Source of the DNA: Leucoraja ocellata
Lineage: Eukaryota
DNA length: 64,000 bases
Assembly (NCBI GenBank): GCA_036785375.1
Contig: JAWMAR010000486.1
Location: forward strand, 1,054,001-1,118,000
Reading direction: 5' to 3'
The position numbers and the translations under genes were made by a program. The notes beneath the pieces were generated by a model. That model worked only from the letters and a program-made list of their open reading frames with translations. It ran no database searches and was not told where the DNA came from. Positions 36,798 to 49,468 of this stretch are shown here, piece by piece; positions within the stretch are counted from its first letter, which is position 1, and each line of letters opens with the position of its first letter.

Positions 36798-38559
36798 GCA
36801 AGAAATGGGAATGGTTGATTTTCACTCGTTCTGAAGCTGGTTTCAATTGTTAACTTAACAGCATTCAGCAAGCTGACCTAAAGATCTTGAACTAGATGGC
36901 TGAGTTACTCCCTGTACAAACATATTGAGCCATGGGGACGTGCCACAGAGCTGGTTTAATTTCCATATATTATGTTTCTGTCATCCACGCTTTGATCAAT
37001 AAATTCTAGTGTTTTATTTGGCTGGTACCAGTGTGATAAGGCCTGATAAAATAAATACAACCACAAAGGTTATATCTTTTGTTAACCAATCATTGACTAC
37101 ATGAACTGCTTGCACCCCTTGTTTAAAAGTAATGACAAAAATAATTTAGAAATAAATGAATGATCCTCACTACAACTTTGGTAACAAAACCACACCCACT
37201 GGTTCAATGTTTAGACCTAATGAACCGCTTCCTATAATTAGTGAATTCTTGTAAAGGATACGAATAATACAAGTAATATCCTCCGAGGAAATTGGGAGTC
37301 AAAATATGCTACACATTAGTGAAACAAAAATCTAAGTATAGACCAGCTAATCCTCGTTGATTACTAGTGAAAAATATATGATATTGCTAGAATTCAGAGA
37401 ATGTTTCAATATTCCTTGAAATGTAGTCTTCTGCAGATCATCATCTTTGTTAAGAATTGAAATGTAAGCATATCCATAAATATCTGGAACACAGGGCCAG
37501 AAAACAAACAATATTACAACTGGAGGGGGTGCATTGTGCATTCAATGCAATGTCATTTGCATCTCTGCGTTAAGTGTAAGGAGTTAAACGGTAAATTGCA
37601 TTAAGAGTTTATGATTATTTAGATAATCTACAATAGGAATGATTTAACTTGCAGGATGCATAAATCTATTCCACAAATCCCACATAAACAATCATTATGG
37701 TTTTCTTGATACTCGGGGGTGCTCCTCAGTTGATTGTATGAACAATTTATGGGTTCCAAGGACCGTGATGTTTGGTGCTTTTATTACAGCAGTTGAGTTA
37801 TATCGACCTAATCAGATGCCAGCAGCTGTAATGTTGATTTACAGGCTCAATCACTTCCTGGTTATCAAATTGTCAATCCAAAACAAAACAAAACAAAGAA
37901 TAGGTGTGCGTAATTATGTCTGCAATTGGGTGGAAAATAATTTGAAAGCAAGTAGTGTACCATGCCCCAGAGGACGATCTTCAAACCTTTTAATGCCAAT
38001 GTACCTCCAGCATGTACGAATCACATTTCTATCCCAATTTGAATCCTGAAATGATTTAACCATCTTGTGTTTGGAATATTCTTTCTAACAAGAATATCTG
38101 CTGGAACAGCAGTGGAGGTTCCCAAAGACAGCTACAAATATTTCACACCCAGGAGGAAAGGGAATGCATGTTTGGACCCAGTTATGGGAAACTTTGGCCT
38201 TGTAGATCTAGGCACGAGGTTCAATATCTGGATGCAAAAACCCTATCGAATTTCACCATGAAACATAACAGGCTGAATAGTGAATATTTAGGAGGGCCCA
38301 GCCAGTTAAACAGACTGGGTTGCTCTCAATACTTTAAAGCTTTGTTAACGTGTGTCTGCTCCATCATAATAATAACATTTCCATATTGATCAGTTCAACC
38401 TATTGTTCCTTATCAATGGTCTCTTATTTTCACCTGGTAGCCTTAAAACAAAAGATTCTGGATTTTGTTTCCCCAAATCAGTGATTGGAGGAGCTTGCTT
38501 CCTTTTCATAGTGAAATCAAAGAATAAAGACACAAGTAATTTTAATTGAAACAAAGATC

Positions 38560-39030
38560 AATTTTTACCAGAATGCTGCCTGAATTAGAGGGTTTCAGCT
38601 ACAAGGGGTGGTTGGATAAACTTGGATTATTTTCTCTGGAATATCAAAGGTCAATGAGAGACTTTATAGACATCTGTAACATTATGAGAGGCACAGATAG
38701 GATAGATAGTCAGAACGTTTCTCCCAGGTTGGAAATGCCCAACACTAAAGGGCATAGCTACAAGGTGAGAGGGGGGGATAGTTTAATGGAGATGTGCAGG
38801 AAATGTTTTTTGTCACACAGAGTGGCGGGGCCTGGACTGCTTTGCTGCGAGTGGTCGTGGAGGCAGATACGATGCAGGTATTAAGAAGCAATAAGATAAA
38901 CACATGGAAGTGCAAGGAATAAGGGGATATGGATCATGTAAGGGCAAATGTCAGTTTAACCTGGCAACATGTTTGGCATAAACATTGTGGGCCAAAGGGC
39001 CCATCCCTGTGGTGCATTGTTCTATGTTCT
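38560..39030 (+). mobile_element. CR1-clade LINE 3' fragment
   Basis: FTRMLPELEGFSYKGWLDKLGLFSLE...TKGHSYKVRGG. Confidence 0.85.
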
Positions 39031-41950
39031 AATTGTGATCATAAATTGCAAAAGTTGTAGCTTGCATGTGGATTAAGCAATGAAACTAACAATCTAACAT
39101 GGTTCTTGCTACTCGAGCCAAGAAGGTTGTAGGTTTCTGCTAATTTCTTATGAATTGGAAGTTGTGGATGTAATTGGCTTTGGTACCTCCGCAAGATACA
39201 GGACGGGAGATTACACATGAATTCCAATTGCTTTTCAGTGACTTCTGCTGGAAAACGAGCATGTACAGATTTATTTCATGAAAATGAGCGAGCTCTGCCT
39301 CAAATCTTGAATGAGCTGCTGAAATGGTCAGTTGGGCTGGTATTTTAATCACCACTTCTATGATAGTGGACAGCCGGTAAGCATAGTTAGCAATGGAGGA
39401 GAGAGGAGAAAAATGGGGACGCAAAAGAAATATGAAAACCGTTTCAAGCATTGTTGTACAATCTGTTGAAAAGCCACAGGTGCATTCATTACCGGTGGGA
39501 GTGGCACAAAGTCTTAATGGTTTAGATCAGAGTACTCTGACCATAGCACTCCTGATAAACAATAGATGTTGCTTGAGTGAGCACGTGTTTCAACTCTATC
39601 AAGTCCTATCCAATTGTCTTAAGTTTCGATTTTAAAGTACGTGACATGGATTTACATCAACTTACACAATAAAAGCAAGGAGCATTATTTCATATCACTC
39701 AAGTTTAGAGTAGAAAGCATCAACCTGTTATCACCAAATTACTAAGGATACAACACAGAAGGGTAACTAGAGTTAAAACAGAACACTGGGTGTACTTAGC
39801 AGGTTGGGTACCACCTGTGGAAAGAGAAACAGAGTTCATGCATCGTTATTGAACTGTCATCAATCGAGAGCAATAACTCTTTTCTCTCTCTCCATAAATG
39901 CAGCCCAATCACATTCAAGCATTCCCTGGTTTTATTTCAGACTTCCATAATCAGGGTTCAATTTGGTTAAGGTACAGCTAGCAATTGACTTACAATCCAA
40001 TCATTCATGAGGAACATGAATGTGTCCAAACTAAACTGCATTGGGGTACTTGGATCTATGGTCATTTTTTGAATTGGCCACGTTTGACTTTGGACTATTA
40101 TTCTGATCCTCATGAGAAACTGAGGGAAAATATTCCATAAAGCTCAGAAGTCAGAGACCAGAATCCAATTTGCCCCATATGATCCATCCTAGGAATGAAA
40201 CATTGTCTGCATATATACTCAACATTCAGTAAGCGCGCCAAAGCTCGTCCCTCAACAACCCCAACAAGAAGCTTGTTTTAGTTTGGGCACGGCTCTTGCA
40301 GCCTAAGTACACCATTCAGATCAGCATCATTGTCTACCCACACTCATCCTTACCTGGACCAGTTGTAGAGAGCCTTTCTTGCTGACGCGAAGCATCACAA
40401 TCTCCAACAGAGCAGCCTATGTAGTGAAAAGGCCCCACCGGGACACCACGGCCATTCTGTCAGACATTTTGACAGCCGTCAAGGCTCCACCACCAGCCTA
40501 CAAGTTACCTCCAGTGGGCATCTTGGTTAATATGGGCGATTAGAGTTGAGGGCCCCGTTTCCATGATCTATGTTTCTGATTTCTACCTACACTTTTACAA
40601 TCCCCATTGAAATCCATTTCTTCGATTGTACCACAGGTTCAGAGAGGCAATTCCCCTTTTGCTAAATTCATATTTTCTGCCACCCAACTCCATGGCCACA
40701 TGGAGTCCAGTCACAGAACATAGTGACACCTGCAGTGCCATCCCTCTTCCTTCACTTGCAGAAGATGTCCAGGATGTCTGTTTAAACTCTTGCTGTTTAA
40801 ACCGGCAAATGTTGTGATTCCATTTGGAGCTGTTAGCATTTATCAATGCCATTGAAAACATGTCAGCTGGCAGACCAAATGTAAAAGACTGCATACCCCA
40901 TGAAGGCTGGTCAACCAGGTGTAGGTCGTGGCTGGGTTTGGCATAAATACCCTCACTGAATGGCATTGAGTATTCCATCATAGAACCATACAGAACCATA
41001 GGAACATCAGTACCAAAGAAGGTATTTGTGCCGTTATGTTGGTATATTGATATTATAAGCTGTCTACTCTCAAGCTGTTGCCTTGTTTTATAATACTCTA
41101 ATGAATAAACACACTGATTAAAATTATATTTTGCTTTTGTCTCGATACAAAAAACTGACATAAGAATCGCTTTTTGTGGCTTTGAGTTTTTTTTTTCAAA
41201 ATTCTATTACAGTGAGAGCAAATGTAAAATGTTGACATTTCATGCAGATGCAATCTCACGTGGTGTTCCATTTCGCAGCTAGAGGATGTCAGGGTCTACT
41301 GAATGGATTTAAAAAAGCAAGTTTTTTTTCTTCACAGGATAAACATGGCTTCTTTTTCATATAAAAAACATTAGGCTTAACATAAAAAATAAGGCAATGA
41401 CAGGAGAATATTATAATATGGTATCAATTGGAATTGGTTTAAATGACAGTATTTTCTGATTTATGGACATTTAAAATAATAATTCAATTTTTTTACAATT
41501 AAATTGAACAGTGGCTTCTCCCATGGGGCAAGATGCAGATAAACAGCTCAACGAAGTCTATGATTTAAGTATCACGCCATCAATCAACATGGTGTGTGTA
41601 CGATGATTTTATATTCTCTGAAACGCCACTGTGGCCCAATAACAGGTATATGCACAGCATAATTTCCTTTCACTTGCACGCATTTCTAAGGTAAGCTTAG
41701 GTAAATGCACGTAGACGTTCTGTGTATCAAAGACAATGTTGATTTAAAAGTTATGCATTATTGGCTGAATCCCGTTATATCTTACAATCTCTATTGTCAT
41801 TGACTGTTTAATAATAGTAATGTTCATCTTATAATCATTAACAGGTGTTTCTACAATAAATTGAGTTCATCGACAATGTCAACTGATCAACTTTACTTCA
41901 GTTTCTTCCCGGAAAGATTTAATATGAAAAAGTTCAAATAAGCGACTTAC

Positions 41951-42017
41951 CTCCAGATACAAGGGTCAGAGTCACAAAGAGGACCAAGAGGGCGAGTGTG
42001 TGGAACTTGACGTTCAT
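41951..42017 (-). CDS. apln: Apelin coding exon 1 (signal peptide MNVKFHTLALLVLFVTLTLVSG + 1 nt)
   Basis: ATG at 42017-42015; 22 codons + G (67 nt); consensus donor GAG|GTAAGT. The hydrophobic signal peptide resembles vertebrate preproapelin N-termini, and the phase-1 junction joins exon 2 in frame. Confidence 0.95.
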
Positions 42018-42560
42018 ATTCTTTCTGCTGTGTCTACACTGTGAACTTGTAATTGCTGTAGAGTGATCAGTCGCTGCGAGAGGAGGCGTGTGTGTGCTCC
42101 AGTGCTTGCTGAATGGCTGTTCGGGTCTCAGTAGCTGGGAGTCTTTGTGGGAAGCTGTGTCTTAAATGCATAGGAGCTCAACCGATCATGTGGCTCACGT
42201 CTCATACCTCAGCACTCCGTAGGTCGTGCGGGAGGGGCCAGCTTCTCTCTGCTCCACCCCACACTAGGAAACCGCCGGCCTGCCCTCTAGGACAATCCAA
42301 AGGTTATTATAACTATACAGTCAAACAAACGCTCTCAGCCTGGGATCCTGCCAAGTTTGAGGTGGAAGTCATTAACCCTCGTAGTGCCGGATTTCCTGCA
42401 TGTTTGAGGGAAGTCATTAACTCGTGCGTTTGTTCGGTTTCCTGCGCAGCTGCTTGACCCCAAATATAATCTTGGATTTTTTATTTTCTTTGGGAGGATT
42501 TTTTTTTCCTGGATACTTTCCGATGAAAACCCGACGTGATACCGTGCTGCCTCTTATCAG
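42018..42560 (-). promoter_or_regulatory. apln 5' UTR and proximal promoter
   Basis: CpG-enriched block with no recognisable repeat, directly upstream of the ATG. TATA-like CATTTAAG near 42168-42161, GC-box-like GGGAGGGG near 42230, duplicated ETS-core module 42355-42447. TSS not determined. Confidence 0.55.
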
Positions 42561-43729
42561 CGTAGATTCAAGGCTACCTTCAGAGAAAATAAGTACTGTG
42601 GTGAAGTTGTCAGAAATGTTGTGAATTCGGGATATTTCAAATATGAGCAAGAAATGCTGGAAATGCATAGCTTTTCATCAAAATCCCGAAGAAAAAATTG
42701 ATACAGTTGAATTGATACAGTTGAATGTACCCCCTCTCCAATGAAATAAAGGATTTCAATAGAAATCACTGACCTGCCCGCTCCCTTTACTAACCTGCTG
42801 TGCTTTCAATAACACCGAGGTTACAGGTCCGTACATAACATATATAATTGGGTTAATATAATATTGCTGGGGTAACAGTATATGGGTTGTAAAGGTTTTA
42901 GGAGGGAGCATTTTTTGCAAGGCATCGCCGAGCTATATTTTGATATTCAGTTCAACACCTGAACAATAAAACGAGTGAGGACGCTCAAAATATATCAGAT
43001 TGAATAAAGAATTTAAGCTGTCTTATCTTTTTGTTTTCTATGCCCTGAGTTCCATTGGAATATCCATGTTGTCACCTTATTGTGGCTCCATTTAAATATC
43101 AAGTATTTTGAATACATCTAAGTGCCATTCTTTTATTGTTTACCTATCAAATAAACTGTTCCGCGTGTTGTAGGGATGGGGCACAACCAAACGCAGGGTT
43201 ATAGAAATGGGAATGATAAAATCTTGCTGCTTGAATATTGATATAAAATGTGGTTACATTTCCAGTCACACCTCCACAAATCAAAACATGTTTGCAGAAA
43301 GAAAAAATGCATTGAATACATTTCTCCTCATCCTTTGCAAAGAGCAGTGTGTCAATGATTTAGCAATTGCAAACGCTAAATGATAGTAAATTGGCGAGTA
43401 AGACGTTGCAAGGAAGAGACCGGCTAAATGCATGGTAGGTGTGAAAATGACACGTCGGTCATTTACAAACAAGTCAGTTGACTTGTAAAAACATTTAGTT
43501 CAGCAATAAAACAATGACACTGTGGCAGGAATCTACAGATAAGAATCGACAGCACTGACAACACTGAATCTTTTGGAAGGCATCCCTTAAATGAAGTGAC
43601 TCTGACTGCAACAGCTTCGACATGAGATTGCAGAGTTTTCACAAGAATCGGGGTGGCTCCGCTGTCTGGGGAATTTTGGGACTGCAGCAGAATTTTTGCA
43701 CTCGGGGAAGCGACACAACAGCATTGGAA

Positions 43730-43906
43730 ATAGAAACATAGAAAAATAGAAAATAGGTGCAGGAGTAGGGCATTCGGCCCTTCGAGCCAGCACCGCCATT
43801 CAATATGATCAAGGCTGATCATCCAAAATCAGTACCCCGTTCCGGCTTTTTCCCCATATCCCTTGATTCCTTTAGCACTAAGAGCTAAATCTAACTCTCT
43901 CTTGAA
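43730..43906 (-). mobile_element. CR1-clade LINE 3' end
   Basis: Reverse complement of 440-620. Confidence 0.85.
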
Positions 43907-44148
43907 AATGGTTCATTTCATTTAAAAATACCCAGAAGTCATCAATGGATTTACTCCACTGCTGCAGTTCCTAACTTAAAATCACCAGCTTCCTGTACAG
44001 TTGGGACCTACTATAGATTTGCTCATATTTCAGGTCCAAAATTCTGGGCATACTGGATCTGGAGTAGGTAGAGCATCATTCAGCACTATGTCCACCAGGG
44101 ACAATACTGGAAGTTGGACAATTTTATACTGGATAATTTTCAAATTTA

Positions 44149-44463
44149 AGGGGCTGTCCCACTGTACGTGCTAATTCAAGAGATCTCCCGAATTTAAAAA
44201 AAATCAAACTCATGGTGAGCACGTAGAATGTATGTAGCAGCTACGTCGGAGCTCGGGACGCCTCTTAGCGGCTTGTAACACTAACGGCGGGTACTTGGGA
44301 AACGCGGTAAGCTCGTGAAGACTCGTGAAGATTTTTCAACATCTTAAAAATGTCCACGAGAGCTCCGAGTACCTACGAGCGGCTATTACCGTAATTCTCC
44401 GAGTTCGAATCAGGGGAAACTCGCGAGAACTCTTGAATTAGCTCGTACAGTGGGACAGCCCCT
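44149..44463. mobile_element. PIF/Harbinger-type MITE
   Basis: ~45-bp TIRs aggggctgtcccactgtacg...; TTA TSD at 44146-44148 and 44464-44466. Confidence 0.85.
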
Positions 44464-44466
44464 TTA

Positions 44467-44670
44467 TTAAGCCAATTAACCAAGCCAATTAACTTACAAA
44501 CCTGTACGTCTTTGGAATGTGGGAGGAAACCGAAGATCTCGGTGAAAATCCATGCAGGCCACGGGGAGAACGTACAACCTCCGTACAGACAGCGGCCATA
44601 GTTGGGATCGAACCCGGGTCTCCAGTGCTGCATTTTTCTGTAAGGCAGCAACTCTACCGCTGTGCCACTG
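44467..44670 (-). mobile_element. HE1-like SINE, 3' part missing at MITE edge
   Basis: Head and core present; tail not found on the other side of the MITE. Confidence 0.8.
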
Positions 44671-44903
44671 CGACTGTATATGGAGAATAACTGCTCTTAA
44701 ATATATAAATGCACATTGAGAATTTTTATAGAGATTACCAAGCCAGAATTCACAGTAATTTAGTCTTTTTATATCTTCATGAACTTCCATGGTTAACCTT
44801 CAAAGCCAGCAAGGAAAGGATTTGTATTGATATAAAATTGTTCCATTCCATGTTTGAGAATAAAGATTTTGCTGCAATCATGATGAAGTCTCATACTGGT
44901 TTA

Positions 44904-45222
44904 AACCCCTGTCCCACGGTACGAGTTCATTCCAAGAGCTCTCCCGAGTTTAAAAAAATCAAACTCGTGGTAAACTCGGAGAATGAACGTAGCGGGTACG
45001 TCGGAGCTTGGGGATGTCTCTTAGCGCTAACGGCACGTACTCGGGAAGACTTGCCAACGGCAGGCAAGCACGGGAAGACTTGTGAAGATTTTTCAACATG
45101 ATGAAAAATGTCCACGAGAGCCCCAAGTACCGACAAATGGCCATTTCCGTAAATCTCTGAGTTCGAATCAGGGCAAACTCGGGAGAACTCTTGGAATGAA
45201 CTCGTACCGTGGGACAGGGCTA
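44904..45222. mobile_element. PIF/Harbinger-type MITE (same family as 44149-44463)
   Basis: TIRs ccctgtcccacggtacgagttcattccaagag; TTA at 44901-44903 and 45223-45225; internal sequence homologous to the first copy. Confidence 0.85.
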
Positions 45223-46817
45223 TTAGGCTTGTGCAGATATCATACTGAGACCACTCAATGTAGTTCTCTTCGGGAAACCTAATTGCAAATGCGAGTCAAC
45301 ATCACGATTTGAACTCGGGTCTTCCAGCTTAAAATAGGCTGCTTACTGGAGTGTGAACACCAGGCCTCAACTTCAGTACCAGCTTTTAGAAAATGTGCTT
45401 TACAAGCCACTTCATGATACAGCTTTAATTTTTCCCCAGCACTATTGTTGACTTTGACCTCCCTCTCTCTTCCCCTCTGCCCATGTCACACATCAGCTTG
45501 TGCTAATCTGCTCTGTAACCAGACACCAGAACATGCAGCACAGTACCAAGGTTAACTCCCCTTTCATTTTCCCTTCAACCCCATGTTGATCCTGCCACGA
45601 TTGGAATTCCCTTCTCAACACATGACATCTGTCAAACAGACAATTTCCCTTGTGCCAAATTACTTTATGGTATTAATCTTTATGTCTTTTTTTTGACATG
45701 GTCCTTCAGTAAGTCAACATGCAAATTTGTGAAAATTAAACTTAAACAAAACCCAGAGTCAGCTATTTCTTTGTCTTTGAAGTATTGTTTTAGTTTTTAT
45801 CATTTACTCATTAGTACCTGCACTTTGAACTGCTTGCTGTGGGGAAGATTGAGCCTGTAACATCTTCCCAGGCTCCGTTATTTGCTTAGTTCTGCTATGG
45901 GCATAATAATTACAAAAAAACACGATTCCCATTATTTTTTAACTATTGTTCAAAGGGAAAACCCATTCCTTTCTTCAGCTGTTGGATTTGGCTGCTATTT
46001 CTGAGCAACCCTTTGTGAAGCTCAGCATTTACCAAGGGAAAAAATAAATGGTGAATCAAGGATAATATTGCATATTTATGTACTAAAGGAATCCCTACAT
46101 GTTGGGAGACATAGGTGCCAAAATCAAACCATTCAAGTCAAAGGGAGTAGGAATTTGACATTGGTCGCTATCAACAGTCCTCTGCACCCAACTTTCTTTC
46201 ATATTTCTTTCAATGAAACTGAGAGGGGGGATATAATAGGCATTGAAACTATAATGTCAATGTAATGCCAGCAAATATTGACAATTTTTCAATGCTAGTT
46301 TTCAAGATGTTAGAATGGGGAGGAAGCTGAAAAGAGAGGTGGTATCATCATCAAGAGCTAGAAACCTAAGTGTATGATGCTTACAATTGCACTTAAACTT
46401 CTCTCAATAGCAATAACTTGCATGTATGTGCCATTTCTCATGGACAGAGTGCTTCAGAACCAGTGAATCATATTTTGTAAGGTTTTTTTTGCCAAGAACA
46501 AAGTTCCACAAATGGAACCCTTTAACACCCTGATTCTGCGCTCTCTTGCGTTATATTACATTATATTTTTTGCAATGTCTCAGACATTACGTTTGCTCAC
46601 TTCTACATTTACAATAACTGCCAGTTGCTGCAGAACAGAGTCATCTGACCCAATGGTCACATAACATTACATTCAATGTATAGCCAACTCAGCATCTACG
46701 GAAGCAAAGGGGTGGTCGACATTTTAGATTGAGACCCTGCATCAAGACTAAGAACAGAGGGAAGAGAATCAAGTTGGGCAGGGGAGAAGCAGGCACTAGT
46801 AGGTGATAGGGGCAGTA

Positions 46818-46895
46818 ACCATATAACCATATAACCATATAACAATTACAGCACGGAAACAGGCCATCTCGGCCCTACAAGTCCATGCCGAACAA
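46818..46895 (-). mobile_element. Short CR1-type 3' tail with (TATATGGT)n
   Basis: accatata x3 followed by cagcacggaaacaggcc. Confidence 0.6.
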
Positions 46896-47214
46896 GTAGT
46901 TGAGTATGGGAAGATTGTGCCATGTGGAGGAACCAAAGGGACAGTTTTGAGACAGTTTGGTGGAGGGTAGTTGGAAACAAATGCGAAAAACAAATTTGGC
47001 AAATGGAGACAAATTTGAGGGGATGGGGAATGGATAAGTGGAACCAGGGAAAGGAGCAGGTGGAACCATACGAGGGAGGGGATAGCAAGGATAAACCAAG
47101 GATGAAGAAACCCAGTTGGGCAGTTGTATGGGTGATGGGCAGATTGGACGATTAAGATAACACATTTCAATAATCAGGTGTGTATGTTCTGTCAGCAAAG
47201 GGTGAATAAAGCCT

Positions 47215-47313
47215 AGATGGACACAAAATGCTGGAGTAGCTCAGCAGGTCAGGCGGCATCTCTGGAGAACATGGATAGATAAGGTTTTGGGTCAAGACCT
47301 TTCTTCAGACTGA
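47215..47313 (-). mobile_element. Penelope-associated short repeat
   Basis: Minus strand tcagtCTGAAGAaaggtcttgacccaaaac...ctccagcattttgtgtc. Confidence 0.75.
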
Positions 47314-48869
47314 ATGTTGGGGGGGAGGGGTAGTGGAGAAGAAAGCTGGACAAGGGCATTCCTTGGTGGATCAGTAAGAGTGGGAAAGGAACTCAGACTG
47401 TGTTGGTGAGTGAAATTGGAAATCCATAACATTACGAGGCTGCTCTAATGAAAGATTTGGGGGATATTTTGACAAGTGGAGTATGAGCCAGGCAGATGTT
47501 TAGATCAATATGTCAGTCTTCATGCAGACCCATCAATGGGAAATTCATGATTCTGCACTTGTTTGTAACTGATCATAAATTGGTGCTCACAGGCAGAACT
47601 GTTGTTGATAATATGTAGATGATATCGGAAGATATTTGATGCTTTGATGTAAATGGTGTGTGTGTCCAGTGCAATTTTATCCAAACGAATGATCGTTAAC
47701 TTGAGCAAACTTATTTTTAATGTATTATTTGTGCAGAAAAACTGGATTAATCAACCTTGTATCTTGGCATTGATGTGTATATACTGCATCACTTTGATTA
47801 TCTGCAGGACTAGTAAGTATATCAAGAATATTCTGTCATATTTATTTTATAATTTTATTATAGCTAAGGTATATCAGAATTATCGCATTAAGAGTCAGAA
47901 CCAATGATGTGAACAAATGATGGGACAGAATTTTGAAGCAAGTGGCAGAAATAAAAACTTATTTTAGCGTGACGAGTGATAAAAGAGTAAACAATTACTA
48001 AAGAAAACAATTTAGAATTAATAAAGCTTTTGAGTTATTTAAATTACAATTAGATGCAGTGATTGTAGAGTCAATGTGGGCGAGCAAAGCCTTCAATGGG
48101 TTGAATGATCTTTTCTTCTCCACAATGTTTATGTTTTACAGGAGGCTTTGCAGGAGACAAACCAGAACAATTTTTACTTCTCCTGAAGTTAAAAGAGGAA
48201 TGAGGGCTAGACTCTACTTTTGACTAACTCTCATTCATATCCAGCACCATCCCTTCACTTGGCATAGTCTCCAACTCAAATTATACAAAATCACTATTGC
48301 AAGGCAATATTATGTTAATTAGCTCTATTCTCAATACAAACTATTTGAAAAGAAAAGTTTAGCCTTCCTGCTGCCAAAGCTGGTAATCAGTATCACACAC
48401 ACATTTGCCATTATTATGTGTTTGTCAGAAAAGCCTTTTTTGTTGTCTGTCAATATTAGATACAGTCACAAATGCCAAAAATGTTCAAAACAAGCCTGTG
48501 GGCCAAAGTGGTCCATAATCTTCTTTGGCCAGGCCTGAAACCCCTATTAATTCCATGTATTAAACTGATTCCAGCCGAACTGGAACTGTTCTGGAGGCTT
48601 GTAAAAGGCTAAAACCTGCCTGGTGGATTTTGACCCTTTAGAGAGAACTCTTTATGCCTGGGAAATCTTGAAGTGAATATTTTAACAATATCCCTTTGAA
48701 GCGCTGGTTGAAAGGATAAAACTGAAGCTTTATTTTACAATACTGAATTGGAGTACGGATCTTGCTTTTTGATTTTATGCTCTCTGTTTCCCACAAAAAC
48801 AATTGGTTTAAAAAGTAACTATCCTATGCTGAAGATAAAGTATGTTTTAGTGTTTCTTGGTTTGCTTCA

Positions 48870-49468
48870 TGTGGGGGGAGATTGGGGGAAACTCTTTTTT
48901 TCAATCACTTACCTCGACGGAGCTGCGATTTTCTCCGTATCGTATCTCCGTCCCCCCTGCGGCCTAACAACGTGGAGTGGTGCGGCTTTTCCTGAAGACT
49001 GGACCGGTGCTTCAAGCTGCGGGCATGCGGACTCTAACATGTCCAACCAGCGACCCTTTGCCGAAGATCGACCATGAAGAGCTCCAACCGTGAAACCCGT
49101 GGTCTCCAGTAAGAAGAGGCCGACTCGGGAGTTCCATGCCGCGGAGTGTTCCAATCCGTCCCAATGTCGGAGTTTCGATCATCCCGACGTGAGGGCTTCG
49201 GACATCGGACCGTCGGCAGCGGTGACTGTGGATGGTTCAACAGCCCCGACCACGGGTGAACAAAGAACAAAGAGGAAGATGATTGAAATGTATTACTTTC
49301 CATCACAGTGAGGAATGTGGATTCCGCTGTAGTGGATGTTTATGTTAAATTTTATTTGATGTGGCTGTGTGTATTGTTGCCTTTCACATAGTATGGCTGT
49401 ATGGTAACTCAAATATCACTGGACCTTAATTGGTACATGTGACAATAAATTCAAACTTGAACTAGAAC
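48870..49468 (+). mobile_element. CpG-rich non-autonomous retroposon with Rex1-type tail
   Basis: GC/CpG-rich body, catcacagtgagg...gtggatg hairpin, ...ggtacatgtgacaataaa + (AACTTG)-like tail; homologous in layout to 50370-51450. Confidence 0.7.

Noticed and set aside
39039-39248. C-x4-C peptide (CNLPSC) as a calcitonin/adrenomedullin-like exon
   Set aside because: No amidation or dibasic processing pattern and no family residues beyond the cysteines.
40595-41161. 188-aa minus-strand ORF in apln intron 1
   Set aside because: No recognisable domain, no convincing splice or promoter context; plausible by chance.
41951-42017. Exon 1 as CXCL12 or another chemokine (ATGAACGTCAAG, phase-1 signal exon)
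   Set aside because: No CXC or CC exon found downstream; the exon splices in frame to an unambiguous apelin exon.
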